Source of the DNA: Trichoplax adhaerens
Taxonomy: Eukaryota; Animalia; Placozoa
Direction of reading: 5' to 3'
DNA: 64,000 bases
Assembly (NCBI RefSeq): GCF_000150275.1
Contig: NW_002060960.1
Span: 696,469-760,468 of the forward strand
The first letter of the stretch is position 1. Each line of letters begins with the position of its first letter. The position numbers and the translations under genes were made by a program. Below are positions 24,101 to 38,000 of this stretch, piece after piece. Under the pieces are notes generated by a model that had not been told where the DNA came from, did not search any database, and was given only the letters and a program-made list of their open reading frames with translations.

Positions 24101-27100
24101 GTTGTTTTTGCCACAATAAAAGGAATACCAAATGATCAAATTGATGAGGCTGTGAACAAAACGTTAGATGATATTTTGTTAACAGAAAAAGCATCTACTA
24201 GAGCTACTGATCTTAGTGGAGGTCAAAAACGAAAACTCTGCGTCGGTATAGCCTTAATTGGCGATCCAAAGGTAACACAGTGGCAACTTTATGCTGTCCC
24301 ATTAATTACGTATATCTGCTAGCGAAGGGTTTACATACTGACTTCGATTACGAATGATTGATAAACTACTTTGTAACAGGTTGTATATCTAGACGAACCA
24401 ACTAGTGGTATGGATCCATTGTCGCGTCGTCAGATTTGGGCACTTTTGCAAAGCCGCCGTGAAGGTAGAGTTACTTTGTTAACTACGCACTTCATGGATG
24501 AAGCTGATATCTTGGCTGGTACGTATTTCGTGTCTAATAACCTATGCATGTAATTATCTAAAATTTAGTTATCTAGCATTTGAAGCTATGCCGATAACTT
24601 TTGTAATTCTTAGTGTTGTTATGATTAAGGAATTTATTTTCATCTTCTTCACTAGATCGAAAAGCCGTAGTATCAAAGGGCAAATTGCGATGTGCTGGAT
24701 CATCCCTATTTCTTAAAAATCGTTTCGGAATCGGTTATCATTTAGGAATGGTCGGTAATCAAGATAGTAATATTGATAAGATATCACGGGTAGTCCATGA
24801 TCATATACCAAAGGCTACCTTACAAAGATCGCACGCCGGAGAAATATCATATCTACTGCCATTATCTGATGTTCGTAACTTCCCTGGTAAGGATTTCTAG
24901 AGTCATACATAAATTGGAAATGATGTAAATTAACATAAATGTTAAAGTTAATAGATATCAATATAAATCAATGTTATTCTTATAGATCTCTTTGCTCACT
25001 TGGAAAGTCCTGCTAATGAAGGCTCATCCGTTACATGCGCACAAGATTGCGGTGTGTCAAGTTATGGAATTTCAATGACTACGCTAGAAGAAGTCTTTTT
25101 AAAATTAAAGGATGATGCTACAGCTGATGACTTGACATCCGTAAATAAATCGCCAATGACTGGAGCTTCTAATGATGAAGAGGGCACCACACATGAGAGC
25201 ACATTCGATTTCAGAAATATTAATCGCTTATCAGGCAGAGATCTCATTCGACAACAGTTCAAATCGTTGCTAAAGATTCGATTTTTAATTAACCGCCGAG
25301 ATCCTTTAGCGGTGTTCTTCCGGCTAATGTTGCCTCCTGTGTTTATAATCCTTGGTCTAGTCTTTGCCAATAATATTACTAGCATCACTAATACTCAACG
25401 TGATCCTCCGACTATAAACTTAGCGCCGAATCTCTACGTAAATGGAACCCTTCCTCCTTCTCGACTTCTGAATTCTAAATTGTTGATAAGAAATTCCACA
25501 TTTGGCCAAATCAATTTATTCTTAAGCAATATGCAAGCCTCTGGGCTTTACTATCAAATGAGTAATTTATCAGCTGATTACCTGTTGGATAATTACCCGC
25601 ATACTTTAGGTTATGATGTACTAACATTACAAAACACTACTGCTGTAAGTTCTCTGTCCATTGCAGTACTTGCATATTGTTTATTACAGTTATGAAAGGG
25701 CTTTAAATGAATTTTAATTAATACTGTTTTAGCAGTGTGCTTTCACCGTACTTTTAGAGTCCGTTGATGGTATCCGATTTTTTTTTAAATTAGGGAATAT
25801 CTTCTGATATTGGTGTAATGTATAACGATACAGCTTTACATAGCATACCTATTGCAATAAATATTATCAATCAGATGAGATACAATATTGAAATGATGAA
25901 AAGCAAAGGCACTGCTGCCGGAAGTGCAGCTATTCATGTTGCCAGCAAACCGTTCCCCAAGCTACAATCAAGCGGACAATATAATGCTGGGGCTTTTAGT
26001 GCTCCATTATTTATCGGTCTAGCATTGAATATCATTCCAGCAGGATTTGCAATCGAAATTGTTCGAGATAGAAAGGTAAAATTTAAGATATTAGATACCA
26101 AAGCTATCGAATGGCATAGGTAGCTGCGCGATTCTCTTAAAACTTCTTGATTTTATAGGTGGATTTATAATCTTATTATCATCGTAGCTGAAATAATTTC
26201 TTTTTTCCTCTATTATAGAATAATGTACGCCAATTACTTAGAGCATCTGGTGTGACAAGCGGAATGTACTGGTTCTCTACTCTAGCATGTGATTTTCTCT
26301 CGTATTGTGTACCTGTTATTCTTATGCTGATTATGATACCGATCTTAAGAGTTGCCTCATTTACCGTTCCGGCCGCTATGGGAGCCTTATTTTTAACTAC
26401 TATATCCTACATGTCGTCGAATATCTTGTTTTCGTACGCATCGTCATTCCTATTTTCTTCAGTTGATACTTGCCAATCGGTGCTACCGCCACTCTTTAAC
26501 CTTGTAAGTTTAACTGTTATCTCACTGTTGGGTATTGAATATAGGTACTGTATCAGTTACATTTTTTATATTAAGCTTATTAACCTACTTTACTAGGCCC
26601 TTTTATTGCCAACTATTGGCGTTTCTATGCTAGACATGTTCGGACAAACCCAAATTGCGTTAATAATTCATTTTGTTATGGTTGTGATAAATCCTGTTTA
26701 TCCAATTGGTGGAGCGGTATATTACATTGGTCAGGTATACATGCTTCAATTTATCACCTTTTTCCATAATGTTTTAATAATCTTCAAGTTGGTTTCTGTC
26801 TTAGTAATGATAAACGAATATTGTAAACAATAGGTATAGCCGCCATTTTTTTGAACAGTACCTTAAAATGATATTCTTGAAACGTTGCAGGTTTATGCTA
26901 GACAAATTTTCATATCTGATGGAAAACCGATCTCGGCTAATGCGTACTTCAGTCCCTCAAGTCCTATTCCTTATTGCATCCTCTTGGTAAGTAAATTTTA
27001 TAAATATTCAACGTTGTAAGCTAAAGATTGCTAATGCTTTAATTGAAGTGGTGTATCTCTCGTCTTCAAAAAATTCTCGCCAAATTCTAACGTTAAAGTT

Positions 27101-30000
27101 ACGAAAATTTTTGATAGATCTAGATTTTATACTTAAAATCGGTTGTAGAGATTATGTATTACTAATGTCCGTGGTAATTTCATGAGAAAAAACATCACTG
27201 TATTGAACTTAGTATACTATTAAAGAATAACTGTTGCATAAGCACATAGACACTTTCGATTTGCATAACAAGTGCAGCATATTTTAAGTCGGTTGGTCGT
27301 AGCTGTACAAATTTTATCACCTGTTTACTTAGTAAATCGCTATCATTACACATTATCCAACTTTAACCGTGTTGTGCAAGGCAATCAAATGTAAGAGCCT
27401 AAGTGTTCATTGTAGAATATAACCTTAGAGCTTATTACGTACTATGATTTCTGAAATATATCATGTCATTGTTATCGATATATTATATGGTTTGGCCTAT
27501 GGTTTTGATCGATTTTAGTTTTTGTTCATGTTTTTAATCCTAAGCGTAGATCCGTGTTGTATTCTGTTTTATGACTTAATCACTCTTTAAATGATTAAAA
27601 CCATATCCTCGTAATTAAGGAACGGCCAAGCGTAACTAACTTTAAATGCCGATTATTGCTATTTTCAGCCAATTATACATACGATGTTGCTAGCGTATCT
27701 ATTACGCTATCTAGACTACAAGAACACCGGATCCACTGATTCTCCAGGATTCTGCTAGTAATATTTACTATTATTTGTAAATAGAATTAATCTACAATAA
27801 ATCATACTAATATCAATCATGTTGTATTTAATTCTCTAAAGCTCAAAAAATACGACCCAACCAAGTTCTGAAGTAACAGATGCCACAGAATTGATTAGTA
27901 ATGCAGCGTCGATGTCAGCTGATGATGATGTTCGAGATGAATATCAACGATTGAAATCCTCATCGAGTGGCAACGATGTGCTATCGGTACGGCATCTACG
28001 CAAAGAATTTATTAAGCGCCCTGATGTTAATGACAAGCGAACGGGATGCTGTAATGTAGAAAAAAAGAAAATGGTACGGAATAGCAACATTTAAAGAGCT
28101 AGTTTATGATCTGAAACCATTATTACGCTACGTAGAGATATATTTTTTAATAGCAAAAGCGTAAAACTAGTTTATACGTAAGTTAAAAATTTTTTGATTT
28201 AATGTAAGGCTATATCTAATTTTATTTTGCGAAGCAGATTAGAATTTCGACGGTAGCTTATTTTAGGTAGCACCGTTATATAGTTAGAGTAGCTGACGCT
28301 TTACATCTGTGTGCGTGTGTATTTCATTAGCTAACTCATTTTGTAGTAAAATGCTAAAAGCCTTTAATGTTCTTGGTCGTGGATAGGCTGCCGTGGAAGA
28401 TTTGTACTTTGGTGTAGCCCCTGGTGAAGTTTTTGGGCTTCTTGGGCCTAATGGTGCAGGGAAAACGACTACACTGAATATTATCACTGGCGACATGTCA
28501 GCCACTAGAGGCGAGGTAAAATACAGAGCAGTTTATTTTTCATAGTTTGAGTTTTTACCATGTGTCGTTCTATTGAAGCTTAGACGTTAAATTTCAAATT
28601 ATCTAGGTTTGCATTGCTGGGCAGGAGTTAGCTTCAAATATTACACATGCTCTAAGAAGTCTAGGTTTTTGTCCACAACATGATGCTTTATGGGAACGCG
28701 TAACCCTCCATGAACATTTAACTACATATGCAGCCATTAAAGGAATTCCACTAGATCAAATCGAAGGTGCTGTCAGCAGGTTACTATGCCGGACTTGTAA
28801 TAATCGCATTACAATGAAGTTTACTGGCGACCAATATTAATTTGAAATTCTAATAGATTTATTTCAGGAATGGACCTTCAGGATCATAGAGATAAATTTT
28901 CCAAGAATCTTTCCGGCGGAACTAAAAGAAAGGTAAAATTGCTTGCTGTACAGAATCCGAATACTAATATATGTGTTATTTTGTAAATGATTAAATTTAA
29001 AGTTTTTATTATACCCGGGTACAATGTATTTTAGTTAAGTTTTGGAATGAGCATTATCGGTTGTCCGAAATTGTTATTAATGGATGAGCCATCGACTGGC
29101 TTGGATCCTGGTGCCAAAAGATTTTTATGGTTAGTTTCACACTTGTTTGTACGTACATATGATTGTCCAAGTTATGCCCACCACATATGCAAAATTGGTT
29201 TTGTATTGTCAGGAATGCTATCAGTGCCAGTATTACAGGAGAGACTGGAGCCGTGATCACTACACATTCAATGGAAGAAGCGGACGCTTTATGTTCGAGA
29301 GTTGGTATCATGGTTGGTGGACAATTACGGTGAGATCTTACTTCTTGATGGGTTGAAACTATTTAATCTTACAGACGGATTAGCTAGTGTAATGAAATCG
29401 TTACACATTTTTCGACTTTTAATCGTTTTTAGTTGTCTGGGATCAACACAGCATCTGAAGAATAAATACGGTGGAGGATATCATTTGGATGTGAAATTTT
29501 CATTAGATGTAGTAGGAAGCAACGGTATAAATCAATTGAACAATATCACTGACTTTGTGAAGAGGGCATTTCCCACTTCAGTACTTGGAGAGCATTTCGG
29601 CCATCGTGCTACATACAAGATACCGTCGGATGATATAAAATCATTAGCGAAATCATTCGCTTCTCTTGAACAAGGTATAATAGTTCAGGATATTGAAAGC
29701 ACTTGTGTTGCAAAGCGGTAAATTAATATTGCAGTTGTGATGTAAATCGAATGATCATATGCTGAATTTACTTTTAGGCAAGTCGAAAGTTGGAATTGTA
29801 GAGTACAGTTTTAGTCAGTCAACACTGGAGCAGGTAAGTTTATCTGATGGTGTAACAATTGAAATTATGATGGTTATAATGCAATATTTTATATTCGTAC
29901 ATTTTATTAGGTATTTTTGGAATTTGCAAAATTGCAAGAAGATCATCATGACAAAGATGAATCGGAAGAGAGTGCTACTAGAGGAGATATGCTTGTGTAG
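21110..30000 (+). CDS. ABC transporter subfamily A (ABCA5-group-like), full transporter, copy 1; 5' end lost in the gap
   Basis: TMD1 with [20 protein letters not shown]1 GHNGAGKTT / LSGGQKRKL / LDEPTSGMD / [24 protein letters not shown], then TMD2. NBD2 GPNGAGKTT / LSGGTKRKL / MDEPSTG / TTHSMEEAD. Ends [17 protein letters not shown]...GDMLV* with TAG at 29998-30000. Sequence right after the gap matches the 3' part of exon 1 of copy 2. Confidence 0.95.
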
Positions 30001-32016
30001 CCGTCATATTTCATTGGAATGTTTTGCTACCAAATTTAGCAAAAAATTAATTATTTGTAAAGATACTATGGCTTTTTACCCTTGGAAAAATATGAAATAT
30101 ATTAAGCAATGTTGTTCTCAATACATAACTTGGTGTACTATCGGTGTTACATATGTTCGCATCCAAGTTTTCATTTTTTACGTTATGTGCTCATTTTTAA
30201 GTTGCACAATTCTACCCTTATTAATCTTTTAATTACTTTTTGCTTGCGCTAGTATACTTATAGTTTTTTGTTTTCGAAAAATCGTTATTTAGTCAAAATT
30301 CAACGTTTTACCATTTGGACCACGCGAGTCCAACTTCAACAAAATAATATTTGGGTTCATCGTTTTTGTTAAAATTTTCAGCTGAATTAAGAGCTCTTGA
30401 AATTAAGAGTAGATTTCCTTAAGTTAAGCAGCGTTTAAGTTAATGAAAACTTATCAATTTACGTTCGATTATAGTAAATTAGCTAGTGTGGATTATGCTC
30501 TAGATTCAAGTATAAAATTATGATATTTTAGGTTAAATATTTTTAGTAAATTAAGCAGTGATTAACAAATAGTTAATGAACGGAAATAAAGTAGTTATAC
30601 TTGGCCGAATTGATTAAAATTCAACTCATTGTCGTTTATTGCAACAGCCAGTGTATACCCGCTTTGCATATCTTAATCAAATTGTAACATGGTAGGGTAG
30701 AGATGAAAAAATTCTATTCATGTAAATGATATCTCTTCTGTAAGTTCTTATAAGCCTACTGTGGAACGTAAGCGTTAATTTAATCTATGCTTGAAAGATT
30801 ATTATCACAATATAATTCCCGTTCTGGCACTTTGTCTGGTAGGCATACTCTTAAAGTTCGGTCAATTTTTTAACACCTTAACTTTGCAACCGGCTACATA
30901 CAAGTGCGTTAATGTAAAATTTTCCTGGTATTAAGAATTTTTTGGGAGTCGGGGTAATATAATATGCGTAGTAGATCTCCTAAGTTGGCAAATATCGAAT
31001 TTATGTTTTCCGGTATAATATAGGAAAGATAGCTGTTGTATATCAAACAGTTTCACTGCGATCGAAAAAGAAATTATGAAAGAATACTAATTTAGATTAT
31101 AAAGAAGCCCTTTAGGAGGATACCCTATTTTGTCACTATTTATCGATGTAATGAGCAGCAATTGTATTACTTGGCGATCATCGAACCGTTACTATGGACG
31201 TAACTTTACCGTGGGTTTTACATGTATTTAGCTAAATGCAATACAATAGATTTGTTTAATACTTGTGATCGTCCATGAAAATAATGGTCGCTATATTAAA
31301 AGTTCTAACGTTTGATCACAACCAGTACAAAATGATATGATCAACCGAAAAATCGATATCATTATAATAAATATCAAATCGGGATCATGTCTGCCATTCA
31401 GTGATTGATAGTACAACAGATAGAAACAGATCCTTAATTTAAAAGTGAAAATTAATAGTCTATCTCCATATATAGATCGCTTAATAGATTAATCAAGTAA
31501 ACTAGAGTATAGAAATAACGAGGATTTCTTGCATTACGTCATGATTAAATTATAATATTAACAAAATTCCTGGAGCATATGGTCTAATCTCTGACGTAAT
31601 AATAATAACCTCACCCATTCTGCTAGTAATAATACTTATATTAATCACGTACCGTCACTTAATTTATGCTTAGCCAAGATTGTTATTAATATTAGCACTG
31701 CCTACCGTGATCGTATGATTTACTCATTTACTGGTCTATAAGAGATGATTTTATTCTATTTTAATTTATGAAGGGTGTTAGCTACGAATTACCAATAGTG
31801 AGTCACAACATTTAACGGATTTTTTTACGACTATAGCTGATAAGTAAATGGATGGATGGATCTCGTTAACTTAAACTAGATTGGAAATTACATCTTCGTT
31901 GGATAACCCATTTCTGCGCTTAACTCTTATATTATATCGGTACATCGTAAGTGGTAATCAATCATTGAGTTTGAATATCATTTGACCTTAAGATCATAAT
32001 TTGAAAAGAAGCCAAG

Positions 32017-35000
32017 ATGTGGCTAATTTGGAAGCAAACCAAATGCCTTACGTATAAAAACTTTCTTATCAAGAGAAGGGATAAAAAGCAATTCCTTCAA
32101 GAATTGCTATATCCAATCTATTTAATTTGTATCGTAGCAATCATACGAGCATTTATTAAACCAAGGCATTATCCAGTGATTCAACATTTTCCACAATTTT
32201 CTATGGGTAACGTTACACTACAAGTTAATGATAGTTATAGCTTGCTTTATGCTCCCAACGATAATCCCAATATTATCAAGTTAATAAATCATACCAATGC
32301 ATTACTTGGTCTAAACAATCCCCCTCTTGGGTTTGCTAATGATTCCGAAATTGAACGATATTATACGACTGGTTCCAATCATCAATATGTTTATGCTGGC
32401 GTGATCTTTGATAGCTTTAGTCTTTCTAACATCTCTTATACACTGCGTATGGCTGATCACTTAGTTCCATCAACAGCTGAGCTTGTTCTTACTGGTGATA
32501 ATCTAGGTAAATGTCTGGATATACCTTTTTTAAATCATGCTTCGAATTTCAGTCATTACTGATTTGCTATGGACAGTTAGGAGTAAATTTTCAGTTATGG
32601 CTAAATTTTGATAGTCTACAGCACACCTACAAGATTTGATAAACCGTCTTCATTTACTATAATCATGTGTAAGCTGAAACAGATTTCGTTGACTTTACTA
32701 TCTGTAAGGCTAATGTTCCATTTACCATCTAACTATTATTTCATTCAACAAAACTAGATTTCTGTAACTAGAATTTCTTTTTATAATTTTAAAATAAGCT
32801 AGAAATACATCGATATTATTAATGTACGTACCTACCGTATGTTACTTATAATGAACATTCTATAGTAAAGGAAAATCTTTTACTAATGTTTGTAGTTTTA
32901 CAAATAATTTCAATTCACACAGTCGCATGTGTAATGTGAAATGCTTATGCCTAAATAGTTTTGATCTATCTTTCCCTAATGAATGCAGGTTTACAAATAA
33001 TTTCAATTTATATAGCTGCATTCGCATTGTTAAATTTTCCGGTCTAATTACTTTTATAAATTCACACTCAGTTCCGTATATTAAGGGGATTAGTTTTTAT
33101 AATAACTGTAGTAATAAGAATAAAACATCGAACACTCCTTGCCGCTCCTCAAATCATAACATTTTTATAAGATTGGTTTAATACAGTAGCTACCAATCAT
33201 TCATCTCTAATGACAACTAATTTTAATAATTGAACTGATATCTTTACGTAAATTTATCGCTTACTATTTTGATAAAAACTTATGTAGGCATAATACGGCA
33301 GCTAATAATCGAAAATATTTCTATTAGTAGCAAATTCTAAACCGATAATTTTCCTTGCATATACTAAAGTAGTATGACATGTTAATAAGCTAGAAATAGT
33401 ATACTAGCTACGAGTACCTTTTACTACATCTATAGCAAATGGGGCTTTATATTCTTCATCATGTTAATAACTTTTTACAAATTTTCCCATTTTACTATAA
33501 TGAATAATCAGAAAGTCTGCTATTCATAGCAAATGTAGTATTTGAGACTTCAAATTTAACAAATGCTATTCTCAAATATCTACGATTCGATGTACTGATA
33601 ATATTTAACTTTGGATAACAGTTATATTAGTGTCATCTGCCATAAGCATTAATTATGATTAATTATATGTTGGTGCCGATACCATTTTCTAGCATCTTGT
33701 CGTTCTGAATTAAACAATACAAATCCGTCAAATGATTGCCCTGCAAATAGATATTTATCTTCGGGCTTTGCCTTACTCCAAAATGCAATCGACACATCGA
33801 TCACACAGGTAAGATTTAGTAACCTATCATAGGATATAATGAATGAATACCAGATCCCTATACTCTCCAGTTAGGATTAGTTTAGCATATTATGCTATTA
33901 ATTTCACTATTTTGTTAAAATTACTGATTTAAGCAAGTAACATGAAGGCATCTTTATTAGTGACCCAATTTCTAGTTATAAGTTATCATTGCAATTTATC
34001 ATTACATACTTTCGTTGACTTTTAAATGATAAATAACATTATCACTTTGATAATATAAAAATCAGTATAACTACATCTAGTGCTAATTTACATAAAATTC
34101 ACAAAATTGCACTAAAATTAGTGCAATTTGCAATTAGAAGTATTTTTAATCCGTAACTGTATTGCGTCCTTGTTCACCATTTTGATATAATATACTGCTG
34201 TGAAAGGTAGTTTATTTTTCTCGATTCTGAATTGAAATTAACATTATCTAGTCTTGCTAATAGATTAATTGTGGAATAAAATTAGTAACGGTTTATTGGG
34301 CCAAATAGATGTTTTAGTTAAGTTAGATCATGTTGTAGAAATATTCAACAACGAGTATTGTGAATATTGAGAGTAATCATATATCTCTCCTAAAATCGTT
34401 AGATCTACACTAATCTTGGTGAGGATCTCCCGCAATCTAAATTCTTATTCCAACTTATGCCTAAAGAACCTTTTATTGGTGGTGTTAGTTACGTTCAAAC
34501 ATTTGTAGCTATTTACTGTGTGATGGCATATGCGCCCTTTGTCAATTTCTTATTAGTGGGAATGGTCACAGAGAAAGAGAAGAAAATTAAGGAAGGAATG
34601 ATGATGATGGGACTGCGGACTGCTGCCTTTTGGCTATCGTGGTTTATAACTTATGCTTTAACTATTTTATTATGCACTATCTTCGTCACAGCTATTGCTA
34701 TGGCATCTTCCTTATATATTACTAGTAACCCCTTTCTCATCTTTATGATCATCTTCTTATATGGACTATCTATCATTACATTCTCATTTATGTTAACGCC
34801 TTTCTTCAATAAGGCAACTGTTGCTGCAGCGGTTGGTTCAATGTCTTCCATTGCTTTTGCAGGACTTTATTTCTTAGTTACACAATTACCAACGCCTCCT
34901 GTAGCTAAATGGCTAATGGCTTTACTTTCACCAGTTGCCTTGGCCCTAACTTTGAGTGAGGTAAATCTGCATTTACATTTATTCAATTTTCAACAATAGT

Positions 35001-38000
35001 TATGCAAATACTGTAACCTTAATTGGATAATAACATTTATCAATATAGGCAACTGTCTTAGAAACAACAATTGGTGTTCAATTTACCAACTTAAACGTTG
35101 GAAAGTTTCCAGTTGGTGGTGGTCTACTTATGTTGATCTTGGATACATTCTTATACTTGCTATTAGCCGTCTATTTCGATATGGTTCTACCAAAGGAATA
35201 TGGCCAGCAATATCATCCGCTCTTTTTTCTTTTTCCCTCTTTCTGGAGGCAAAGTAAAGGTTCAGATTCCATTGATGCTGCTGTAAATACTCAAAATGGC
35301 TTAAATGAGGATATAGAAGATACGGATTTATCTACTGATTTCAATGGTAACGGTATTAGGTAAGGCTAGATTAATTCCAATTTATAACCTGATCTATTTA
35401 TGTCCTTAAAGCCTTAAGCTACCGTATAATCATATCTTAAATTGTATCTTAAATTTGTTAACTATAGGATTGCAGGGATAACTAAGACTTTCATCGATAG
35501 ATCATCCAAAGAACGGAAAGAGATAAAAGCCGTCAATAGTGAGTTTTGAGGAAATAAATAAAGTCTTCATAACATGACCATGGATTAGTGTTCCATAACT
35601 CACGAATTTTTTTCCATAATAGATTTTAATCTTGACATCTATGAAGGTCAAATAACAGCACTACTGGGTCATAATGGCGCAGGAAAGACAACGTTAATTG
35701 CGGCCCTTACTGGCTTGCTACCAACAACACAGGGAACTGCTTATATCTATAATTACGATATTAATAAGCCGGAAGATATGATGAAAATACGTGAAATAAC
35801 AGGTACGAGTATCAATAGCAATTAAATTCTATTAGGTAAAATCCTAAAGGTCAAACTGATTTTATAGTGAATTGATTGAATCTGAAATAATTGATTTGAA
35901 GGCTGGCTAAAAATTTGTAATTACTAGTAAAATTACTTCCAGAATAAGGCCTTTAGCGTACTGTTGACGTATTGGAAGTCTAGAATTAAACTTAAAGTGA
36001 TATATACTTTTTAATACCGCGACCTATTTTCTGATAGGTGTATGCCCTCAGCAGGATATTCTATTTGATACTTTGACGGTTCGAGAACATTTAAAGGTTT
36101 TTGCTACTATTAAAGGAATATCAAATGATCAAATCGATGCTGAAGTTGATAAGACATTAGATGATATTTTATTAACTGAGAAGGCTTCTACCCGAGCAAC
36201 TAATTTAAGTGGAGGCCAAAAACGAAAGCTTTGTGTTGGTATCGCTATCATCGGTGATCCTAAGGTAACGTCATCGTTATTCTGAGTCCAAATTGTCATT
36301 TATGACCGTGTTTTAGGGAGCTACAGGTTATCATAGCATGTAAAGTATACTTCAGATTGTAGCCACAGCTATTGTACCTAATAAAGCCGCATACAATGCA
36401 TAAAACAATATTAACTACCTTTAAAATCTACGTGTATGTATACAATATATATAGACTATATGCAATGGACCTCAGAGTAGATTGTTACATATGGTCTATT
36501 TCATAAATCAAAGCGATCATTTTAAATTATTAACAACAAATTGAGTAGAAAAGGTCAAGAAATTAACTCTGAAAGTATCCAAATTATGGCGTAAAATTGA
36601 AATAATAGTTAATGCCAGTATTAACTATTAATTAATCGTATTTTTAAGTTTTAGTAATACTACTGGTACTAACTCATTTTAACTTTACCGATACTTGAAA
36701 TAAAAGGACTTAAAAATAATGAATTACCGTACAAATACTGTAATTTTAACGACAATTTATCTATCTGCTATTTATTAGTAGCAGTTACTGGTTTAGTACT
36801 ATTCGAACTAGCATCATAATGTAACAATCAAAGTGATAAAATTAAATAATTAGGGAATTTATACATACTGTGAATCATTTTATAACAAAATATGAAGATC
36901 TTTACCTAAATTACTAAATCACGCTTATAAATACACGAACGATATCGAATAGTATTATAACATTTATGTAATCTAAACTGCAAAATCTTCTGAGTCTATT
37001 TACTGCAGCGGCAACTATAACGTACACAAATCATGTGCCATCGTCTTTAATCCGTCAAAAAAAGGCTTTAATTTAAAATTTAAAATTTATTTAGGTTCTT
37101 CTCATAAATTAACCAGGAAATCATTGATGAACATTTTGTATAAATATTTAAACTGTCGTATTTTAGGTCGTCTATTTGGATGAACCAACAAGTGGAATGG
37201 ATCCGCTATCCAGACGGCAGATATGGTCTCTATTACAAAGTCGACGCCAAGGAAGAGTGACTTTATTAACAACCCATTTTATGGATGAAGCAGATATTCT
37301 AGCGGGTTAGTTGTTATTAAATTAACCCATAGGCTATTAAATTTATTTTTTTACAATTATTCTAAGTCGAAGCAGGTTTAAAGTTAATGTTTTAAGAGCC
37401 AATTAACGTATATGATAATAAAACGAACTGCCATGTCTAGTAATAATACTAAATAGACTTCAATCTTCATGATAATATAATAGATCGGAAAGCAATCATC
37501 TCAGCTGGTAAGCTTCGGTGCGCTGGATCTTCACTCTTTCTAAAAAATCGATTTGGGATAGGATACCATTTAGGAATGATAGCAAGCCCAGATAGTCAAA
37601 TAAGCAATATTACACAGTTAGTTAAATCTTATATTCCTCACGCAAGCCTATGCAGACATAACGCGGGAGAACTTTCTTATTTACTTCCTTTATCAGACGT
37701 ATTTCGATTTTCAGGTAGGTTGGATAGGATTCATTAGGCCTTTCTCTTTTTATAAGCAATTTATTAGTAGTTATTTAGCATTCGTTTTAACCTTACGATC
37801 CTACTAGATCTATTCCGCCAGTTGGAAAGTCCTGATACCAATAATGAAGTTAAAACACGAGCTCAAGCTTATGGAATCACAAGCTACGGAATATCGATGA
37901 CCACGTTAGAAGAGGTTTTCTTAAAACTTAGAGAAGATAATTTAAATACTGATTTAACATCCTTAACAAACAATTCAATACAAAAAGACGACCAGCATTC

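Noticed and set aside
27750-27762. Premature stop TAG TAA in ABCA copy 1 after GFC
   Set aside because: The sequence is TA|GTAATA, a phase-2 donor matching copy 2 (AG|GTTAC). Splicing to 27842 gives TAC and an open frame.
34104-34129. 12-bp AT-rich inverted repeat in an ABCA intron
   Set aside because: Isolated and AT-rich with no other element features, so plausibly chance.
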